The notes under the pieces were generated by a model. The model was not told where the DNA came from and did not search any database. It saw nothing but the letters and a program-made list of their open reading frames with translations. Of a stretch of DNA of 64,000 nt, positions 1-14,804 are shown piece after piece. A program made the position numbers and the translations under genes. Source of the DNA: Lama glama (taxonomy: Eukaryota); assembly GCA_028534125.1 (NCBI GenBank), contig CM052818.1, positions 15,626,001-15,690,000 of the forward strand, given 5' to 3'. Within the stretch, counting starts at the first letter, position 1. Each line of letters opens with the position of its first letter.

Positions 1-254
1 GAAGTGAAAGCTAAGGTGGAATTGTAACATGCCTGCTGGAGTGTTCAAGGAATGCCCGACAATTAGAGCTCTCTTGTGGCTCTAATCTCTCCTTCCTTTA
101 TGCTGTTATTGTCATAAATTGCACTCATATAAATTGTGTGCTTATCAATACAGATTTATAATTACTGCTTTATATAGTTGTCTTTTAAATCAGACAGGAG
201 AAAAAAGGTTATACAACAAATATGTATATTGTCTTTTTTAGTCTACATTGTCAT

Positions 255-1195
255 GTACTAAGTATTAATCCTATACTTCTTAGTAACTATAAAATTTTTT
301 TTAAATATAGCAAATACAAAACAAAGCAATTAAAATGGTGCACTAAAAATCACTTCTTTAATACAAATCAAGGCATTAATAGAGGAGTATGGAAACAAAA
401 GCTCATAAGACATATAAACAAATAGCAAATGAAAGATGTAAGTTATACCTTATTATGAATAATTAACATTCCAATTAAAAGGCAGAGATTAGAATAGGTT
501 TTTTAAAATGTAAAGAATGGAAACTATATACCAAATAAACAGTAAACAAAGAGATCTGAAGTGGCTAGGCTAATCCTAGAAAACATAGTTTTAAATTAAA
601 AAAAAATGCTTCTAGAGAAAAAGAAAAATATTTTCTAATGATAAAAGTTAAGCCCATCAAGATGACGTAACAATTATAAACATATACAGACCTAACAACA
701 GAGCTTCAAAATATATGGAACAATATCTGAAAGAATTTTATAGAAAAGACAGTTCATCAATAGTAGTTGGTAATGTCAATATCTCATTTTTAACAACGGA
801 CAGAAAAATTAGCCAGAGGATCAACAACTGGAACTCTATAAACCAACGAGACTCAACAGACACCTACACAGCACTCCAGACATCAACAGCAAAATACATA
901 TTCTCAAGTGCACATGAAACATTATCTAAAACAGATCTTATATTATCCCAGGAAACAAATCTTAATATATTTAAAAGGACTGAAATAATACAAAGTATGT
1001 TTTATGACCATAATGTAAAAAATTAGAAATCAATAGCAAAGGGAATTTTGGATAAGTCATACATGTGTGTGGAAATTAAACAGCACACTCCTAAATGACC
1101 AATCCATCAAAGAAGGAATCACTAGGAAAATTAGAAAATACTTTGAGATAAATGAAGATAAAAAGGTAATATCACACTTACGAATTACAGTGAAA
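255..1195 (+). mobile_element. Old LINE-1 (L1M-type) fragment, ORF2 endonuclease region
   Basis: ORF 715-1026 has degraded L1 EN motifs (IVVGNVNISF, DTYTAL, YIFSSAHETLSKTD, EIIQSMFYDHN); A-rich with many stops. Confidence 0.85.
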
Positions 1196-4100
1196 TGATT
1201 CCTGCCCACACAGAGTTTTGACTGCAGCAGGTAGAGATATATAAATAAATTGTCCTATCAGTCATATTAGGTAGTTCCCTTAGAGTTCGCTCCTATTGTG
1301 CAAAATAGTTTCTATCTGTATCACCGTCTTTCATCACAGTTCACAGTATTGTCCATTCTATCACATGGTATGTTTTGAGGAACAGACTTCTCTTTGGTAA
1401 GGAAAAACTAACAAGATTTTGTCAGCAAAACAAGATCATACTGGTTCTTCATCTTCCCTCCTTCCAAGAGAGGCAAGCTGGGACGAAGGTCCTCTGCTGG
1501 ATATACAACATGCACCTACAAACCAGGAGAGGGAGTCCTCCCTTTGCGATTCTTCCTTTTCATAAGTAAGTGTGGAAAAGCATTGTTTCTAGTGGAGGAA
1601 TACTCAGAACACTTTGGTCCACGATAGTCTGGATTTTTGTGCCGCCTGTTTAGAGGTAGTCTCTGAGAAGCTGGAACTTGCACCTAGAACACTCTCCAGT
1701 GCTGATTTGTGTTCCCAGACAGTGGGGATTTACAGTCTCCCACCTTCATTCCTCCATCTCCTATCTGAGGGAGGGAGCCGATCAAGCCATGGGAAGCTGA
1801 CATGGGTACAAGGTGCAGTACTGGATCCTGCTAGCTCATTGTTCAGGAAAAGTGGAAAATATTTATCTCAATCCCAGTTTGGGCTCAAGGGACTCTACTA
1901 TTAACTGAATCAATATCCTCTATTTCATATGACTTTTTAGCATATCTCAAAGTTACTGATTATCATATTTTAAAATAAGAAAAAAATGTAAATGAGTGAA
2001 CCATGGAGCTAACGAAACCTCACTTCCATCTTGAAATGAAGGGATTGCCCATGATGACGACCACATACTGACAGACTAAAGAGATTCCAGCCTCAGACTC
2101 TCACTTTCTCTGGAAACACTATTATCATGGTACATTTAGCAAATGCTTTATTATAATTGAACTTCTATGAAACTACATATTATGCAAATAAATTAATTAT
2201 CATTTGTAGCCTTACAATGGCTAGTAAATCAATTCATAATTATATGACACTTAGAATAAATAGAATAACACTCTTTAAAATTTCCCTGCTGAAGTGCTAA
2301 TGTGTAACACGCTCAGTAGCAAAGCAATAAAACAGTCGAAGGCGAAGCAACATTGTACGCTGAGTCGTGGGTACTGAGCATAAAATGAAGCCACGGTGAT
2401 TGCAAGCTTTGCTTTCCATCCCTCTACACAGAAGCCTTTTGAACACTGCGAATACCCTGAAGAACTGCCTATCAATATATGCAATGTGCTTTTATTTTCA
2501 TAATCAATAGCTGATATCTGAATCTAAAACAGAGTATTTGTTGAAATAACCTTCTTAAATTATATTGTTTTTTAATCTAGAGTATTGGTCTCAAGAAGCT
2601 TCCTGTATCAAGGGATTGCTTTGCCAAACAAGACTAACTGAAGAAGTAAAATTAAAAAAAAAAATACTGAGGAAACTCCTGCTCTCTCATTGCACTTGCA
2701 AAACGTACAGGCTGGACACAATACTGCTAGTGGCACTCTGTTGGCATCTTGATGGAGAAAGCCTCTCTAGAAATCGAGATATAATCCAACTCTGAAGACA
2801 GACATCAGATCAATCTGGTCTCCAGAGAGACAGTAAGAATAAAGCATCAATGAGAAACCATTCTTTATTTTGTGTTTATTTCCTTGTCGCTATCTGAGGA
2901 TCCTGCCATCAAAAGAATGTCTGTAATCCAAATATCGAGGGAAGCATTTGATTTATCCCAGAGGCTGCATACATTTAAAGGCCTTCAATAGGTAAGAGAG
3001 CCAAGTTGGCTCATTTTATTTTACTGCTACAATAGAAACTGCACATATACATACACACTAGAAGCCATGCGCTGAAGAACAAATGGAATGTATAATGAGA
3101 TGTGGCTTTGACATGCTTGGCTGGCAATGTTTTCTCCATTCCATAGTAAATCATAAGAATGGCAGCAACATGCTGTCAGAATGTAAGATAAATAATAATT
3201 TTCCTAAGTCCCAGGAACTCTCAACCTCTAGATGAGGGAAAAAAACCCAATTTAGAAGCAGTTTGATTTTTGTGGAGCATGGTCGCAAGGGCACAGCACT
3301 AACAACAGGAGGCCTGGGCTTTCTAAAATACTTCTCTGGGACCTTGGAAATTCTTTTACATCTCCAAGTTCTCAAATCTGAAATGCAAAGATCTGAAACC
3401 TTACCAATTCTCCTCTGATAAAATGCTGTAAGCTTGAGATCAAATGATACTAAAATAGTAGTGATTACTATCAATTGCCAGATGCAATAAAACTGTGAGT
3501 AGAAATTTTGCTGATCAAATGTCATGTCTATTGATTCATTTTTATAACCTTTGAAGCATCCAATGAATAATTGTTTCTCATACTTCTAACATTTGTCAAA
3601 CACTCATTAGGAAAAGTAATCTGAATACATCCAAAATGTAGTACAAAAGATCTGTCTCCAGACTAGTTAAGGAAATAAAATTCCATGTCTGCAGGGTGTC
3701 TGGAAGCAACTGGATGGGGAGTTAGTGAAGTCCAGAAAAGTGGGAGAGGTGAGCCTGCAGGGCTGGATAAAACCTTGGCCTGACTTTTAAAACTTGGTAG
3801 ATAAAAAATAGCTAGCTGTGTGTGCATAGCTGTGTGTGTGAATGCCTTCTCTTCTGCTGGGTGACCTTAGTTGCACTGGGGCCACTATCACAGTCAGATG
3901 AAGGTGGAATCCCTTTACAACCCAGGCCCTGAGGAAGCACCTTGCAAAACTGAAGCTCAAGGTATGAGACCCAGAGTGCTTCTAAATTGTAGGAAATCTA
4001 ATGCTGACCTTATCTACTGAAAGACACTAATGAAATTTGGTGGTTCTCAACCCAATTCAGAAACAAAAATAGTGGAAGATACTCCTCCCTGATTTTGCTA

Positions 4101-4434
4101 AAATTATCGAGCCCCTCTGTTTCCTTTCTTCAGGGAAAAAAAAAAAAAGGAGATGTTCTGGCAGAGAAAGGCTCTTAAACACACACACACACAAAATACC
4201 ATACAATTTGTTTTAGTGACTCTTCCTCCTCTATGAGGTTTTTGTGGAATTTGCTCCATCCTCTCTGCTTCTCTGTCAAGTAGAGGGTTTGAAACAATAA
4301 CCGTGAGAGCTATTTTACTAAGATCTCTGTAAGTGATTGGGCCCAAAGCCATTTAGCATAGCAACTAGAGGAAGGCATTATCTATAGAAAAGCCAGTGTG
4401 ATTTGAAAAGAAGTTGAAACTGAACAGACTACTG

Positions 4435-5455
4435 GCAGGCTTCAAATCCCTAGATGGCATCCCACTGCTCTTAGAATAACAGCCCAAATCCCCACCGCAG
4501 CCCGGATGCAGGATACATGGTCTTGCCTATATTGCGTTTTCTGCCTGCCTCCTCATTGCCCTTTCATACCCCACCCTCCCTGGTTCACTGCACCTGAGAG
4601 TGTTGCTCCCTTTTGTCTTCCAGACAAGCCAGGCACACTGAAACCTTTGAGACTCTGTACTTACTGCCTCTGTTTGAAAACCTCTTTCTTTAGCTTATTT
4701 ATATCCTTTTTAAAAAAATTTATTTAAGTATAGTCAGTTACAATGTGTCAACTCCTGGTGTACAGCATAATGTTTCAGTCATACATATACATACATACAT
4801 TCGTTTTCATATTCTTTTTCATTATAGGGTTACTACAAGATAGTGAATATAGTTCCCTGTGCTGTACAGAAGAAATTTGTTTTTTAATCTGTTTTATTTA
4901 CAGTAGTTAATGTTTCAATTCTCCAACTCCTAATTTATCCCTCCCCACCCACTGTTCCCTGGTAACCATAGGGTTTATTTACCATGTCTGTGAGTCTGTT
5001 TCTGTTTTATAGATGAGTTCATTAGTGTCTTTTTTTTTTTTTTTTAGATTCCACATATGAGTGATATATGGTATTTTGCTTTCTCTTTCTGGCTTACTTA
5101 GAATGACAATCTCTAGGTCCATCTATATTGCTGCAAATAGCATTATTTTATTCTTTTTATGGCTGAGTAGTATTCCATTATCCCCTTCTGATCTCAGATT
5201 AAATGATTCTTCTTCTGAGAGGACTTCTCACCAACCTTAACTAAAGTGACTTACCCTTTGCTCTGCTTTTTGATCTGTTAACTTTGTGGCACTCGACACA
5301 ATCAATCATTAACTTGTATGATATGTATTTCTACAGTTGTCTTTATCCTCCACTAGGATGTTACCTCTGAGATCAGGGATCTCATCCTTTATGTACTACT
5401 GTATCTGCAATGCCTAGAACGAAGCTTTGCCCATAGTACAGACTCAGAATTTGCT
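4435..5455 (+). mobile_element. LINE-2 3' region, interrupted by an L1 at ~4707-5179
   Basis: L2-like motifs 'ttcaaatccctagatggcatcccactgctcttagaataa' and 3'-terminal 'tgcctagaac...catagtacagactcagaatttg'. Confidence 0.65.
4707..5179 (-). mobile_element. 5'-truncated artiodactyl/camelid L1, 3' end
   Basis: Antisense L1 3'UTR ('aagtatagtcagttacaatgtgtca...tttttatggctgagtagtattccatt'); same family as the 3' end at 36.8 kb. Confidence 0.9.
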
Positions 5456-8400
5456 AGGCAAACAGAGTTGTTTTACCTCAGCAATGTTTTCAGTATTGAA
5501 ATCAATTCAGCCAGAGAGCATATTCTATAAAATATTAGAGCACTTTGGAGAACTAGCCTCCCTTCCTTACCAGAGATGAAATGAGACTTCATGTAGACAA
5601 GAGCTTTAATTAAGGCTGCCTAACAGTTACACAGCCATTCCTGGGCCTGCAGTCCTACTGCAGCTGTATTACAGAAGGAAACAAGCCCCACAGAACCCTA
5701 CTGAGGTAAGCATGAATCAGTCTGGTCAATGTAAGTGTTTCAGTGGCCCAACACTATTTAGGAAGGTCAAGCAAGTTATCAATATTTACCACCTGGATGG
5801 GAACTCAGCTTTCAGCCTCTATGCTTCTCAGAAGTAGAACAAATTTTTCCCAACCAGTATCAGCAATTAGTTAAAGAGGTCACACCTCTTTTTCCTGATA
5901 TCCCTCGAAAAACTATTCAAGAAACCAACACAGATCACCATGGCAACTATAAAACATGAAAACATCTAGCTTTTTAAGCAAGGTGTGCGTATCTACTGTT
6001 TTCTGTAAATTTTCTCTATGGTTCTCATGTGGAAGAAGGGAGGTGTTGTATGAATACAAAGTTGTAATTCTAGGCAAAGGGATAAACGATGAAATTGTCA
6101 TTACTCAGATATAATTATCAGTTGCCATACACATTCAAAGTTGAACATATTTACCTCCTGAGACTAAAAACTCGGTTGAATTCCTCATTTTTCTTAGGAA
6201 CCCTCCTGGGACAGACCTGGAGTAAGAGGAACGAATGGGGATGTCCTATGCTACCTACGTGTATGTATTTGCACATAACTGCAATATATTACAATATTGT
6301 CAAATTAATAGATGGCCCCCAAACTACTCATAACCAAACCACATTAACACTTCTGGATTACCAAGAGACTGAAGTCAAATATACTTATAACTTTTTTTTT
6401 TTTTACAATTTATCCCTTTTTTCTTTTTACTTTGTATTATGCTTTCAAAATGCATTTCTTCAGCTCACAACACTAGGAGGGATTTTGTTTATATTAACAT
6501 CCAACAGGGAAAATGCTATTATACAATCTAATTTTTGGTTGAAATTAAATTTAATCATTTTCTTCATCAAAATAACTATTTACTACATAATGAAATTCCA
6601 CTAATGCCATAACAGCTGCATTTTAAAGACAAGCATAAATCACAAAATGGTATCAAATTTGTGTAGATTAAAATAATTCTTGAGAAAATTCTGGAATATC
6701 TAAAACCTATTAGAATTCTATCAACTTTCTCTTTGCAACCTTACTGTTTCAGCAGAATGAGTTGTACAGAGGTCAACTAAGTCATCTCTTGGTCTCTAGA
6801 CAGAATTCTATAAAACACAGTATCTACCATGAAAGTTTATAAACATCTCTGGAACCTTGAGAGAAAACAAGGGAAGAGAACTTTAGTACCCCACCCAGTT
6901 ATGCTTCAGAATATTAAAGCCTCTAAAATATGAAAGCTTCTCATTTCTAACTGTAGACCCTCTCATTGAGGTCATGACTGTTTTGTCTGCTGGTTATATT
7001 TAGAATCCTCCAATTACTAATATCACATCAAACTTGAAACAGATATGTAGAGATCTAAAACTTTAAAGGTTAAAAAATTAGGGGTGGAATTACATGCACA
7101 TTTAAGAAATAGGACTATTAAAATAACTTGTGAAAGAGGGAGAAATTTCATACAGTAAAGTGCTAAATTAATGACTCTAAACAGAAAAAGCAAATGAAGT
7201 ACAGAAGAGTTCTACGCAATTGGCTGGTACCTGACAGCTGGTGTTCTAGCCCACTGTTTCATATTCTGTAAAACTGTCTCTATATAAATAACTATGCTCA
7301 GTGACTGTGTTTCATACAGAGCAAGACTTTTGTGAGGAATGGCTAATTAAGAGTTTCAGTTAGCCAATGCCACAAAATAGCCAATAGACTTTCATAGATG
7401 CATATAGTAACTGCGTAAAATGACACATAATTTTACTTTTAATTGCTTTTAACTTGTGGATGATTTTACAACATTAAAGATAGACACAAAGTGAGAAATA
7501 TAAATGAACTATCTGTGGCTTACACACTCTTTTCTAGAACCTAAGAAATGAAACTCAAATCATAAAAGACTGATTATTGAGATCAGTCAGAAAACCAAAC
7601 TGCAAACAATTAAACCAAACATTGTTTCTTACTGCTGGGTTATTCTGGGTTAGTACAGATATTCTGGGTTAAGATATTCACGTCTGTGACAGCATCTCTA
7701 CTTAGCATTACTTTTAGGTTGTGGAGAGAAGCCTGCACTGCTCTCCTGCAAGGCCATCTTGAATCTGGCTGAGTAATAGCAAGGATCTGATCCTCTCCTT
7801 GATCATAAGGATAACACTCTGACTCTTCTTTCTAATTACTCATGAGGTATTCTGATTTGACCAACCTCTCCACTGTAACATAACACATTAGCCTAAGATG
7901 AACATTTGGCCCTAATGTTCTCACAAGAAGGCTGGATGAGATTCACATACACGTAAACCTGTGCCCTTTCCCACCGACTCCCCATTAAAATAACGATAAT
8001 AACCTATTGGGAGTAGCTATGTACACTCTTTATGGGATAAGTCAAGAAAAGATGCACATAAGGCACAATGGCGACTCTCCATTTTCATGTGAAGTCTACA
8101 ATTCAGGAAGTAGCAGTTTTTCAGAGATAATATTTGAGAGAATCCAGCCAGTATTAGCACTTTTTCTCCTTCAATTTAGCTACCCAAATGAGATGAAAAG
8201 AACTATCTGCCTTGGGAGAGATCCTATGAGGGCACGGACAATATGGTTGTTCCAGTATATGTTCAGCTGCTAAGCATACCATCACTCAACTTCAATACAA
8301 AACAAAACAAAAAAAAGTGAACAACAAGAAGAAAAGCCTGTGGAGAAATGTGGTTCCAGCAGATGGGGTGATGGACAGAGTAGAAGAATGAAACCAATTT

Positions 8401-11400
8401 TATATTTCAGAGGGGAAAAATGAAGGTACTTAAGTCAAGAGCATTTACTGGCATAAGGTTGCATGCATAGAGCTGGATTTCTGGAACTGGTTCCAGGTCA
8501 TTCTCTTCACTGGAGGCCCTTTATCTGATTTTTTGCTTGCTTTCTCAAAAAAGACAAGTAGCTCGCAATTGTCTGGTGTGAGGAATTCTCAGTCACTAGC
8601 CCAGATTTCTACTTTTTACCCCATTTTTCTTTTCATTTAATTCTTCTCCCTAAAGAAATTCCCTTTATGTTATTCCTGGAATTCAGTAGGGTCTGTGAGA
8701 TGTCCCCTAGAATACACATTACTCGAAGGAGGTAGAATCAGATTTAAATGCAATGAAACCACCTGTCATCTTACTCAACAATCATGCTCCCTGAGTGGTC
8801 ACTGTTACAGACATGCAACTGAAATTAACATTGCAAAGGAACCTATTGTTTTTTATAGATATTGATTTAAAATTAGTGATGTGATCATTTCATTTGTACC
8901 ACAAAACCTAAAATAGTCCACCTCTTTGTAATTTCTAATAAACCTAAATGCTCTGTGCCATCTTCCTTTAAGCACTAAAATGTAAAAATATTCTAAAAGA
9001 AAAGGAACTTTTCCCTCTATCTCTTTGTGATCTCTTGCTCTTTAAAATCCCAGCATCACTGGCCACTTCAATTAGCCCTGAATGTATACTGTCTTACATA
9101 GTTCATCTTTTTTTTTTAAATTGCTTTATTCTACTTTTTAAATCAAATCCAACTACTGGTGGTGAAACCTATGGTAAAGATTTTATGTACCTTTCAAAGC
9201 ACCTTTTAGTATAAACTCGGTTAATTATTGTTAATTGGATTACATCATTAAATTCTGTTGTCTTATTCTTCTCAACTTGAACTGAGATTCTACTTGAGGT
9301 TATTCATTTCCTCATCTCCATTCATCGTGCTTTACAAAAAAATCAGTGCCTGTGAGGTTAGGGGTAATATGTACTTTTCTTCCCTCAATTATGATCCTGC
9401 ACTTTTACCTAATATATACATATAATTGGCTGGTGGGTCAGTGCTTTATTTTTTTTAAAACCTGACAAATTATTTTATTTCATTAAATAATAAACTTTAT
9501 ATATAATGAGACTTAACAATATACAAAGGAGTATTTTAGTGCAATATCCACGTTATCATATGAAAAAGAACACCACAGTTTTACCAACAGGAAACTTCAA
9601 CCTTGGTGTGTTTTTATGATAATTTGTACTCTTGATGATTTTTTTTTACTGTCAGCTTTTACAAAAAAAGATTATCTGTAGAACCCATGATTTGGCATGT
9701 ATTACAGAAAAAAGATGAAAAGTGGTTCAATAATAGTTCCAGTGGCAGAAATAGCTTTTCAAACACTCAGAAGGAATACAGGTGTGTCAGGAGGGAGATG
9801 GTAATACAGTGGATATACAATTTAGCAATATAATATCACAAATCACAAGCATTTCCTCAGTACAGTGAAATGGGTTAAGCCTGCATCAGGCTTAGAGTAA
9901 GTGAGAAGCGAAAACACACCCATTGATGCAAATGACCTGATGAAAATAGGATATATGACCAAGTGACTTACTATTTCATTTGGATATCAAATCGTATTAG
10001 TTTATACCCTATATTTTATCATTCTAATAATCTACTATGATAAAAATAAGGATACAGAGCACTAGTGTGCCTTATAACATTCTGAGAAAGAGGTTCCAGG
10101 ATAGGGTTCTGGTACCATTACAGGCAAATATACTTCTGCCACTCATTTCCCATTGATTCTATGTTGGTCACAAGAATTCACAAGCATTTTACTATACCAT
10201 AATATTCTTACCCCCCAAAGAAAAATCCAATCCAAGAGTTATTGGTACAACCATAGCAGCGTGAGCCAAAGACTCATGCTCCACCACTTACTACAGCAAA
10301 AGCTCCTTGGAGGTGAAGAGAGAAGACACTCTTATGTTATTAGTATTTGTGCTTCCATCCTGCCCTTCTAGCACCCACCACCTATTGGTACCTGTTACCT
10401 AGTAGATGTATAAATTAAGGACTTAATAACTGATCCCAGGAAATCAAGTTTTCTTCCTGGGGTTTAACATAAACGTAACCAGAAGAGTAAATATCGAAAA
10501 AGGCAGGAAGGATAATCCATCTCCTGCTTCTTTGTATGATAAGAGATTATAGAACAGATTCACAAAAATTAGAAGATGCTGTACAAGAAAAGCTTTATGC
10601 CTGTCTTTACTCAGATTCTGTAAGGGTTAGTTTCCAGGCAATTGCAAACCAAAATCCTGAGATGCAAAATGACAACACCTCTCTCAGAGTCTGGAATCAA
10701 ATTGCCCAATAAGCACAATGGGCCTGACTGACAACATGACAAGTAGGAAACTGCAATATGGAAGATTCTGGGGTCCCTCCAAATGACACCAACACTGGAC
10801 TGAAGTCACTTCCTCTGTTATTACCAATTAAGTGACCTTTAAAGGTGTGGATTTTTTCTCCAGGTCTCATTGAGTTTAATTCAATAAACATTAATTATAT
10901 CTCTACTAAGTTCTAACACATTGTATGAAATTGTGGGAATTTCAAAGGCAAATAGGTTGTGACTCCACCTTCAACTATATCAAACTAGAGTGAAAGAGAC
11001 AAAACTACTTGTAATATAATGTGACCAGTTCATGAGATTGTTTCATAGGGTGATCCGCAAGAAAGTGAAATACCAGCTGGGACAGACTCCATGACCAGCA
11101 GAGGGCTGAGGGTGGGGTCAGTGTTTTAGCATCAACTGACCTTGGTGGAAGTAATTCTGAGGGTGAACTGATAGGCAAGTCTGCGGTGCAGAAGCACTGC
11201 TGAGATAATCTAACATATTCAGAGTGTGGCTATGATTGTCCATGCTCTTATTCTTACTGAAACTAAATTGCTGAAAGCTGTGAATAAAAAAGAAACCAAA
11301 AGCTAAACTTTTCAAAAACATTTTGGAGGGTCAGGTCATGCTCTTAGAATTCAAAAAGTCAAGTTTGTTCTGGTCCTGAGGGAAAAGGACTTTAAGTAGC

Positions 11401-12129
11401 TGGCCGAAGTTAAAGAAATTCTCTTCTTTTTGTCGGCTTATGGGAGGACAAAGGGCAAAATTTAAAGACAAAGGGGCAAAAATTAGAACAGTATTTTAGT
11501 TCCCTTTCTGAATGTAATGCCCAGAGGTTTGAGAAGAGTCTATATTTGTATGAGATACACGTCAGTCATTGGCATCTTAATACAGACTAAATAAAGAATA
11601 GTACCTTAAATTCTTTAAAAAAAAAAAAAAGGTAAGATCTCCCTTTGATAGGGACAGTCCTTTGTTGCATTTTATTCTCAATTCAGAGGCAGAGACATAA
11701 GACAAAATGGCAGGTTACAGTTAATAAAATCGAGATCTTTAGTTGTTAATAAAATTAGCAATAATAGGAAGAAATGGACAATTAAAATTTAAAGTAAATA
11801 TATGTAATGAGAGCTCATACAACAATGCTATTTTAGTACAGTGCTGTTTTGTTTATAGTTAACTTGGAAATTTTTAAGAGTTGCTTGGGAGATCATAGGA
11901 ATCCCAGATGCTGAGAATTTAATACCACTTGGACTTTATGATCCAGCTCAAAGAGACAGAGACAGAAGAGAATACCGTATAGAAACTGTGGCAGGCCCTA
12001 CAAAGACAATCACAGGAATGGCACTGAGGGTTTGAAGGTAAAGTCATGCCTTCTCCTTCAAACAGCTATTTGCTTTCAATAAATCACTCCTGGCCTAGAA
12101 CAGAAATGTCACAGTACAGGGAGGAGTTA

Positions 12130-13180
12130 AGAGTGTCACGTGGATCAGACACAGCTCTTCATCAGGAGGTTTAGGTGATGGGAACCCACTGAAAGTTTTT
12201 AAGCTGGGTAGTGACATGATCAGACGTGTGTCTGAGTGGAGCAAATTGAATAAGGGGGGAAAAATGCTATTTTACTTGTTCAGGTAAAAGATACAGAGGG
12301 CTTGTGCTGGGGTAGATGTAGGAAAGCAAGAGAGGAAAAGCCTTGTAAATGCAGAACTCTTTCTCTCCTCTGTAACCCACAGCCTTCTAGCTTTTATTTT
12401 TACAACACTTACCTATTGCATTAAAGTCAACCACATTTAATGGGAGTCAAATTTGAAATCAATGAGATGTGGGAGATAGGCAACTGGGAAAAGTCAAGAA
12501 TATACCACAGGCTTCTAGCTTGGTTAACTTGGAGGATAGTGATATACAGAAAGATCAGTAGATGTGGACGAAAGGTAGCATTCAGAATGAGATTATGCTT
12601 ATTGACTCATTTCTAGACATGTTGAATTTGAAATTTTTGTGATATGTCAAGGTAGAGACATTCCACAGTAGTTGATCGTGAAGCTGGGTATGAATGCGAG
12701 TTATAAGTAAGGTTTTTAGAATTAAAATCAAGACATTAGCAGTATCTGGATGTTGAAATTACAGCAGATGAAAAAATGAAAAGGGGTCTAGAACAAGAAA
12801 ATACGTGGCCTGAGGAGACAGCCTTGAGAAATAGCTCGTTAATGGTGGACACAGGAGAGTTCCTGAAGAAACAGACACAGTAAGACACGTAAGGTAAGAT
12901 ATGCATGATTGCTAAGACAGACATAGTAATGACACAGTCTGGTAGGACACACAATAGAATCAGAAGAATTTGGTATCAAGGACCCAACGGAATAAAAAAT
13001 TTTACTATTGAAGGGTAAGAAATGGCGTCAATTCAATAGAATTCCAATGATGACATTTTTAAAAAGTGCCCTAGATTTGGCAGGTTGGGAACCCTTGGTG
13101 GTCTTCCCAAAATCAGTTTCAGTAGAGAGTGGAGGCGAGGGCCAGGTTGCCATGGTAAGGGAGAGAGTCTCCTGGAGATT
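12130..13180 (-). mobile_element. LINE-2 fragment
   Basis: Antisense L2 motifs 'ttttaagctgggtagtgacatgatcaga', 'gacatgttgaatttga', 'cagtttcagtagagagtgg'. Confidence 0.75.
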
Positions 13181-14439
13181 CTCACAGCATATCTAGGACA
13201 TCAAAGCCTCCAGATGTACTGCAGCACGAATTCTGCTTTTATTTATTTATTTTTAGTCTGGCCCTTCATGCCTCCTAATTTACAATTTTTTTTCAAGTAG
13301 CAGGAATGAATGTAAAAATGGGATCCGTGATCATTAGAACGCGCTTTAAGGAAGATAGAGTAGAAGCTGTACAGATTTAATTATATCTAAACTGAAACAA
13401 AATCATGTACTGAAAGTAATCATCTGAAAGGGAGATCAATAGAAGTTTTGTAATGAGGAATAAATCATTTCAAAAAATTCCGAACTGTTTTTAAATCTCC
13501 ATTTTTTCCAAGACTACTGGTGTGTCCTGACATTTAGCTCGGCTGTATATAGAAAACATATGCTGAAAAGAAGAATAAAACAATATTGCTTTTGGGGGAT
13601 TTATAGATTTGCTTATCGAGATTTGAACAGAAATTAAATAATGCCTTAGTGTATTGTTCTGAGCCGGAGGCCGGTAAAAATGCTGATGTAAGAGGAGCAA
13701 AAACCTTGATCTATCATTCATACTGCCCAACAACATGTCAGAAACAGCTATTTTCTTTCCTATAAAATGTCTTTTACTGGATTGGAAAATATGATACAGT
13801 TAAGTAGCCAGGCACCTGCATATTTAGTCCATTACGTGGTCTCGTGGGGCTTCTAACTCCAAGGTGGCTGGCTCAGAGGCAGTCTTTAAAATCACAGCAG
13901 TTACTGGCGGTTTTTTGTAAACTCTCTTTTATTTTCAATTATGAATGTATTTATATGTATGTTTGCATGTGGGAAGGAGAAGTCATTTTTGTTTTTCTTC
14001 TTTAGGAGCAAAATAATTTGCTTAGGAGTAAAAATATAACAGAGACAAGAGCAAAATCACTGATCACAGCAATGCCAATGTCACAGTAACTTCATTACCA
14101 AGTGAGATCTTTTTTAAGGTGTATATACATATAATGAATTCTCCCTACATCACCACTGCCCATTTTATATCAAGAAACTTTGGAGCTAAATAATTTGCTA
14201 TCAGTAGTTCCTGGGTAAAGATGAAGAATCTATGAGCAAAGGATGGGCAGATCTCGCCATTCAAATGCATGTTCTGTTCTCTGGTTGATCCTTTCCTCAC
14301 TCACTGTAAATCAGTGATACCATTCAATCACAATGAGATAAAAGGGCATGGGCAAACAAACAAAAAGGCATTTACCTTAATGAAAAAAAGCTTTGTGATT
14401 TTCCTAATGGTAATAGCAATGGAAATGAAAATGGTGATA

Positions 14440-14630
14440 AAAATGTCATCATTTCTTAAGCACTTATTATCTGGCAAGCAGGAGACAATGCTTTCCAACC
14501 CTAATTCATTTGAACCTGAAAAGAACTATTTAATACAGAAAAAGGCTCCTTTTTCTAACAAAGAAGGGAAAGATAACCAGTCCAAAGTCATACAGTTGAG
14601 AAATAGGGAATCTTGGGCCCAAACCTACAT
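14440..14630 (-). mobile_element. MIR SINE (degraded)
   Basis: 'ttaagcacttattat...ccaaagtcatacagt' pattern of an antisense MIR. Confidence 0.5.
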
Positions 14631-14804
14631 TCTTAAATACCATACAATACATACCTATACATGCCACTCTATACTTAAAAAGAATCCTAACAATAACCTA
14701 TTTATACAAACTCCTAAACTGTCATCTGTCAGCTGACTTCTATAGTGAGAGACTGTATTATTGACCATCAGTCATCCTTGTCAGTAAAGTTGGGTCAAAT
14801 TACC

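Noticed and set aside
2755..2950. 'ISREAF' peptide on both strands, suggesting an inverted duplication
   Set aside because: Nucleotide similarity is weak and both frames stop soon after; likely coincidence.
3695..3748. 54-nt in-frame exon (GVWKQLDGELVKSRKVGE)
   Set aside because: Weak polypyrimidine tract, resemblance to degraded antisense L2, unrecognised peptide and no partner exons.
6089..6604. 171-aa ORF
   Set aside because: Low-complexity AT-rich translation (F/L/I/Y/N-rich) through T-runs; no recognisable domain.
14269..14736. 155-aa ORF
   Set aside because: Runs through a MIR remnant; no domain; consistent with a chance ORF.
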